From the IMG/VR virus record IMGVR_UViG_3300045988_085140: 64,000 nt of DNA. The stretch is one strand, 5' to 3'. Both the position numbers and the translations under genes were made by a program. This document shows positions 61,158-64,000 of the stretch, piece by piece (position 1 is the first letter of the stretch; every line of letters begins with the position of its first letter). A model generated the notes under the pieces. The model was given only the letters and a program-made list of their open reading frames with translations, searched no databases and was not told the origin of the DNA. The stretch comes from a virus.

Positions 61158-62776
61158 CTAGAAGAGTGATAGCTGACCAGTCTTGTCGTGGTAGTGATTC
61201 CCTGAAGGGAATATCAGTTCCTCGAACATGGCGGTCAGGCAGTTGGTTACTATTGAATTTCCTGCTAGGGCATAGAGTTTGCTCTTGCTGATAATGAGTT
61301 GACCAGACTTCTCCTTGCTCAGGAGTTTGTCTATGTCAGCTTCGTGTACTCACATCAGTCGGAAACAATCTCTTGGAGTGTACTTTCTGATTTGGATGGA
61401 GTATTTCTTTCCGTTTGGTGCGGTGTGAATGATTTCTTTGTTCATGATTGTTACGAATGTCATGTTTGCAGTATCAATGGTTGTCTTGATGGTAGGGGAG
61501 ATACCTTGCATTACAGATTGGTTGTAGATGTCGAGAACTTGCCCCCCATATCAGGCTTGACCTTCCCTGATAGGAGTAGGGATTTCATACGTTTTCCTCC
61601 AGTTATCATATCTCTTTTACAATTAAGAATAGTGGGATGCAGTTACCTCCGTGACCCATAGCAGAATTGAGAGTAGGGGAGATTCCCTTGGTGGAGTAGA
61701 CTCTGGTCTGCTGCTCTATCCTGCCTTTGATTTGGAGGTTTGCTAGCTTTATAATTTTGTCGCACATTATAATTTCTTGATGATTAAAACTGCGTTGGCT
61801 GCTCTGCCATCGTTATGTATATAGTTGGCAAAACCAGCCTTATAATAACTTGTACGGATGGTTCTACTTAAACCATCTACGTCTGAGTTGATGAGGAGTT
61901 TTCTGCTTGTAACTTTTTGATTATCAGTACCCCCCCCTAGGGAAATGGTCAACACCAAGAAGATTGGCTATGCTGATTCCTGCGCTAAACGATGATGTGA
62001 TGGTTGGTGAGCATCCATCAGCAGTTTTCGGTATTGCTATCTTCGGGGTAGAGTTTTTCGATTGATTCATTGATGTCTGCTTTGGTGAGATACTTTTCGA
62101 GAAGGGGCTGGGATAGGAAATATTCGGGAGATACGTTGTCTTCCAAGATGTCCTCAACCGTTGTCTCTAGTTTAATGGGAGAAGGGAAGTGATACTCTGG
62201 GTTCGGCTCGTCTTCTGTGCGTAGGATGGAGATAACGAAGATGCGCTCACGATTCTGAGGGATTCCGTAATCTTTTGCATTCAGTACCTTGTAGAAGGAG
62301 GTGTAACCAAAGGAGTCGAGGTCTTTGAGGTATTGGAAGAAGTACTTCCTCATCTTATCTGTGAGTAGACCTTTCACGTTCTCTAGCATAACGTATTTTG
62401 GTTTCTTGACTGCCAGCATTCTCTTCTCCTGAAAGATAAGGGATGAGCGTGTGCCGCTTCCTTCCTCTGCTCCTTGGCGAAGTCCTGCATTGGAGAAATC
62501 TTGGCAAGGTGAAGACCATGATATGAAGTCGAAGTCGGGAACCTCATTCCAGACTATCCTTGTCACGTCTCCGAAGTTAGGTATGTCTCTTCCGTGCAGT
62601 AGTCCGTAGGCTTGGATGGCTGATGGTTCTATCTCTGAGTAGCCCACAACCTTAAAGTCGAACTCAGGATGCTTATCTTTGAGGTACTTGAAGGCTAGGC
62701 TCTGACTGCCATAGCCAGCGAATGCCTCAAAGACTCTGAGAGGATGCTGCTTGTTGTACTTACTGATTGCTATCAT
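61158..62776 (-). pseudogene. Disrupted multi-TRD C5 DNA cytosine methyltransferase
   Basis: An intact frame (62776..62018) carries motif I FAGYGS, IV SSPCQDFS, VI ENVKGL and VIII QNRERIF. Downstream frames carry four S(P/R)T(I/L) TRD cores, motif IX RKYTPRDCFRLM*V and motif X LAGNSIV. At least 5 frame changes plus one in-frame TGA. Confidence 0.8.
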
Positions 62777-62797
62777 TTTGGTAAACAGATTTGTGGT

Positions 62798-63331
62798 TTA
62801 TGGATTCCATTGGATGCCCAAGCGTTCCATTGTTCCGTTATCACGATATATCTCCAACTGCTTTCGGCATAGGCTATGAGGATTCTTTTGCAGAAGCTCT
62901 ATCATACCTATGATGCGTGTCTTGAAAACGTTGTCCTTATCCGCATTTGTTACGTTCTGTTCAGCCTTCGTCTTTGCGATGAGTTGACTGATTTCGGAAG
63001 GATTCTCGTTAACGGATGCTGGCGGTGGTGTTGCTCCGATGAGTTCGTCTTCCCATCCTCGCTGGTTGAGAAAGGTTTGGAAGTTCTTTCTGAACTGCTT
63101 GTCTGGCTTTGAGATTACATAGAGAGGTATGTACTCTATAGCTGCCTTGCGGTCTTTCTGGCTCATAGAGTTCCACTTCTTTTCCAGTTTAGCCTTGCAG
63201 CCTACCTTCTTTTCGTAGAGGTTCCATGCTCGCTCAAAGGTATATTCGTCTTTAACTTCCTTGGGTGGAGCGGTAATCTTGTAGCCATTCTCTTCTAGAA
63301 GCTGGATGGCTTGTTTGATTTCATCTGTCAT
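62798..63331 (-). CDS. Hypothetical protein (possible replication-associated)
   Basis: 177 aa. FERAWNLYEKKVG...WNSMSQKDRKAAIEYIPLYV motif recurs in phage replication modules. Tentative. Confidence 0.35.
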   Translation of the reverse strand: MTDEIKQAIQLLEENGYKITAPPKEVKDEYTFERAWNLYEKKVGCKAKLEKKWNSMSQKDRKAAIEYIPLYVISKPDKQFRKNFQTFLNQRGWEDELIGATPPPASVNENPSEISQLIAKTKAEQNVTNADKDNVFKTRIIGMIELLQKNPHSLCRKQLEIYRDNGTMERLGIQWNP

Positions 63332-63753
63332 AGTTCACCATTTAAATAATTGTCGATTGCTTGGATAAATTCATCTATAGAGCGGATGATGATGTACTTA
63401 CCACCATGTCGTTCTACTTCATACTGGAATACTTTCTGTTCGGGTTCCTGCCTACCTTTCGGTGTCTTGTTTTCGATACAGAGGAAACCGTACTGAGAGG
63501 TGCGCTTCAGGAGCAGCATATCAGATACTCCTGCCTTCATACCTTCTTCTTTGAGCCATGCGGCTTGTCGGGAGGTTCGCTTGCCACCATTGGGAACGGC
63601 AAAGAAGACACCTTCAAGGTCAGGATATACCCCACGGATATACCTGACCTCTGCGGCTTGCAAGTTGTGCTCATCGTAGGATGCTCGCTTGCGTATCTTC
63701 TTGCCTTCCTGCTCTAGCTTTGCTTTGATTTCAGCGTAGCTTGCCATTACCAA
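63328..63753 (-). CDS. VRR-NUC domain nuclease
   Basis: FAVPNGGKRT...GMKAGVSDMLLL...GFLCIENKTPKGRQEPEQKVF (PD-(D/E)XK core D...E-x-K). Confidence 0.75.
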   Translation of the reverse strand: MVMASYAEIKAKLEQEGKKIRKRASYDEHNLQAAEVRYIRGVYPDLEGVFFAVPNGGKRTSRQAAWLKEEGMKAGVSDMLLLKRTSQYGFLCIENKTPKGRQEPEQKVFQYEVERHGGKYIIIRSIDEFIQAIDNYLNGEL

Positions 63754-63968
63754 TCTGTTGAGAAAAGGTCGTTGAGAGATTCTTCACCCATCAAGCAGAT
63801 GGCTTCATTGGTAAGGTCTTCGTTTTTGAAGTAAACACTTCCATCGTTTACCATCTGATTATATTTTGGATAGAAATTTCCTCCTTCCTTAACGATAGCC
63901 CATTTTTTTTCGTAGTGGCAAAAGTCTGGACACCAGCCATCGTTAAGATACTTGGCGATGTTCTGCAA
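63747..63968 (-). CDS. Hypothetical protein
   Basis: 73-aa ORF. Confidence 0.35.
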   Translation of the reverse strand: MQNIAKYLNDGWCPDFCHYEKKWAIVKEGGNFYPKYNQMVNDGSVYFKNEDLTNEAICLMGEESLNDLFSTDW

Positions 63969-64000
63969 CTTGATGAAAGCAGCTACATGTTTTGCCTGAG

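Noticed and set aside
61299-61661. 120-aa plus-strand ORF, the only track ORF in 61155-61766.
   Set aside because: It is antisense to clearly recognisable methyltransferase motif IX/X and TRD remnants on the minus strand. It is a shadow ORF.
1-64000. Genome-wide stop-codon reassignment (TGA or TAG as sense), as in some gut phages.
   Set aside because: TGA terminates several good genes, usually in ATGA overlaps (for example 3046, 31816, 53686, 59694, 63328). TAG terminates many others. Only three isolated in-frame stops need explaining, and the tRNA anticodon loop does not contain UCA or CUA in a canonical register.

Overview
The whole 64-kb window reads as one temperate tailed-phage genome. 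It is either excised or circularly permuted, because phage genes lie on both sides of the integrase. The host is Bacteroidota-type: promoters follow TTTG / TAnnTTTG, several proteins carry lipoprotein signal peptides, and genes are tightly packed and often joined by ATGA overlaps. All family calls come from motif recognition by eye; I could not run any searches.

Layout:
(i) 1-6.9 kb: recombination and lysogeny block. Its recombination and regulatory genes are on the minus strand and contain a DUF3127-like fragment, a PD-(D/E)XK exonuclease, an ERF annealase, a tRNA followed by about 0.6 kb of ORF-free hairpin-rich sequence, an Xis-like HTH and a Rha/KilAC antirepressor. A divergent Cro-like/CI-like pair, two plus-strand lipoprotein morons and a minus-strand tyrosine integrase complete the block. 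An attP-like repeat region follows.
(ii) 7.5-10.4 kb, plus strand: accessory genes behind a promoter-proximal terminator, including an RNase H fusion and a DUF2829/Tad2-like protein.
(iii) 10.9-27.9 kb: an operon ending in a single uninterrupted 15.1-kb ORF (about 5,030 aa). It looks like a virion-delivered polyvalent protein with two HExxH zincin modules, a complete C5 DNA methyltransferase, a PARP-like module and a membrane-spanning C-terminal third.
(iv) 28-52.8 kb: unknown virion genes, an AT-rich tail-fibre cassette, TerL preceded by a rhomboid protease gene, scaffold, capsid and portal genes, a holin/GH19 endolysin/u-spanin cassette, and large tail genes.
(v) 52.9-64 kb, minus strand: early genes, including a ThyX-like protein, a MazG-like protein, a VRR-NUC nuclease, many small ORFs and a heavily disrupted multi-TRD C5 methyltransferase.

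Most noteworthy observations:
- the giant polyvalent ORF, whose modules are punctuated by a recurring [KR]FS[LI][KR] boundary peptide;
- a phage-specific upstream element, RTWAACGGATAAWR, placed exactly 22 nt before the -7 box at six late operons, plus a second class, TACGAGTTTAT, with the same geometry;
- a tRNA with an expanded anticodon arm coupled to a candidate large ncRNA;
- a phage rhomboid protease;
- nonsense and homopolymer frameshift lesions concentrated in early genes.
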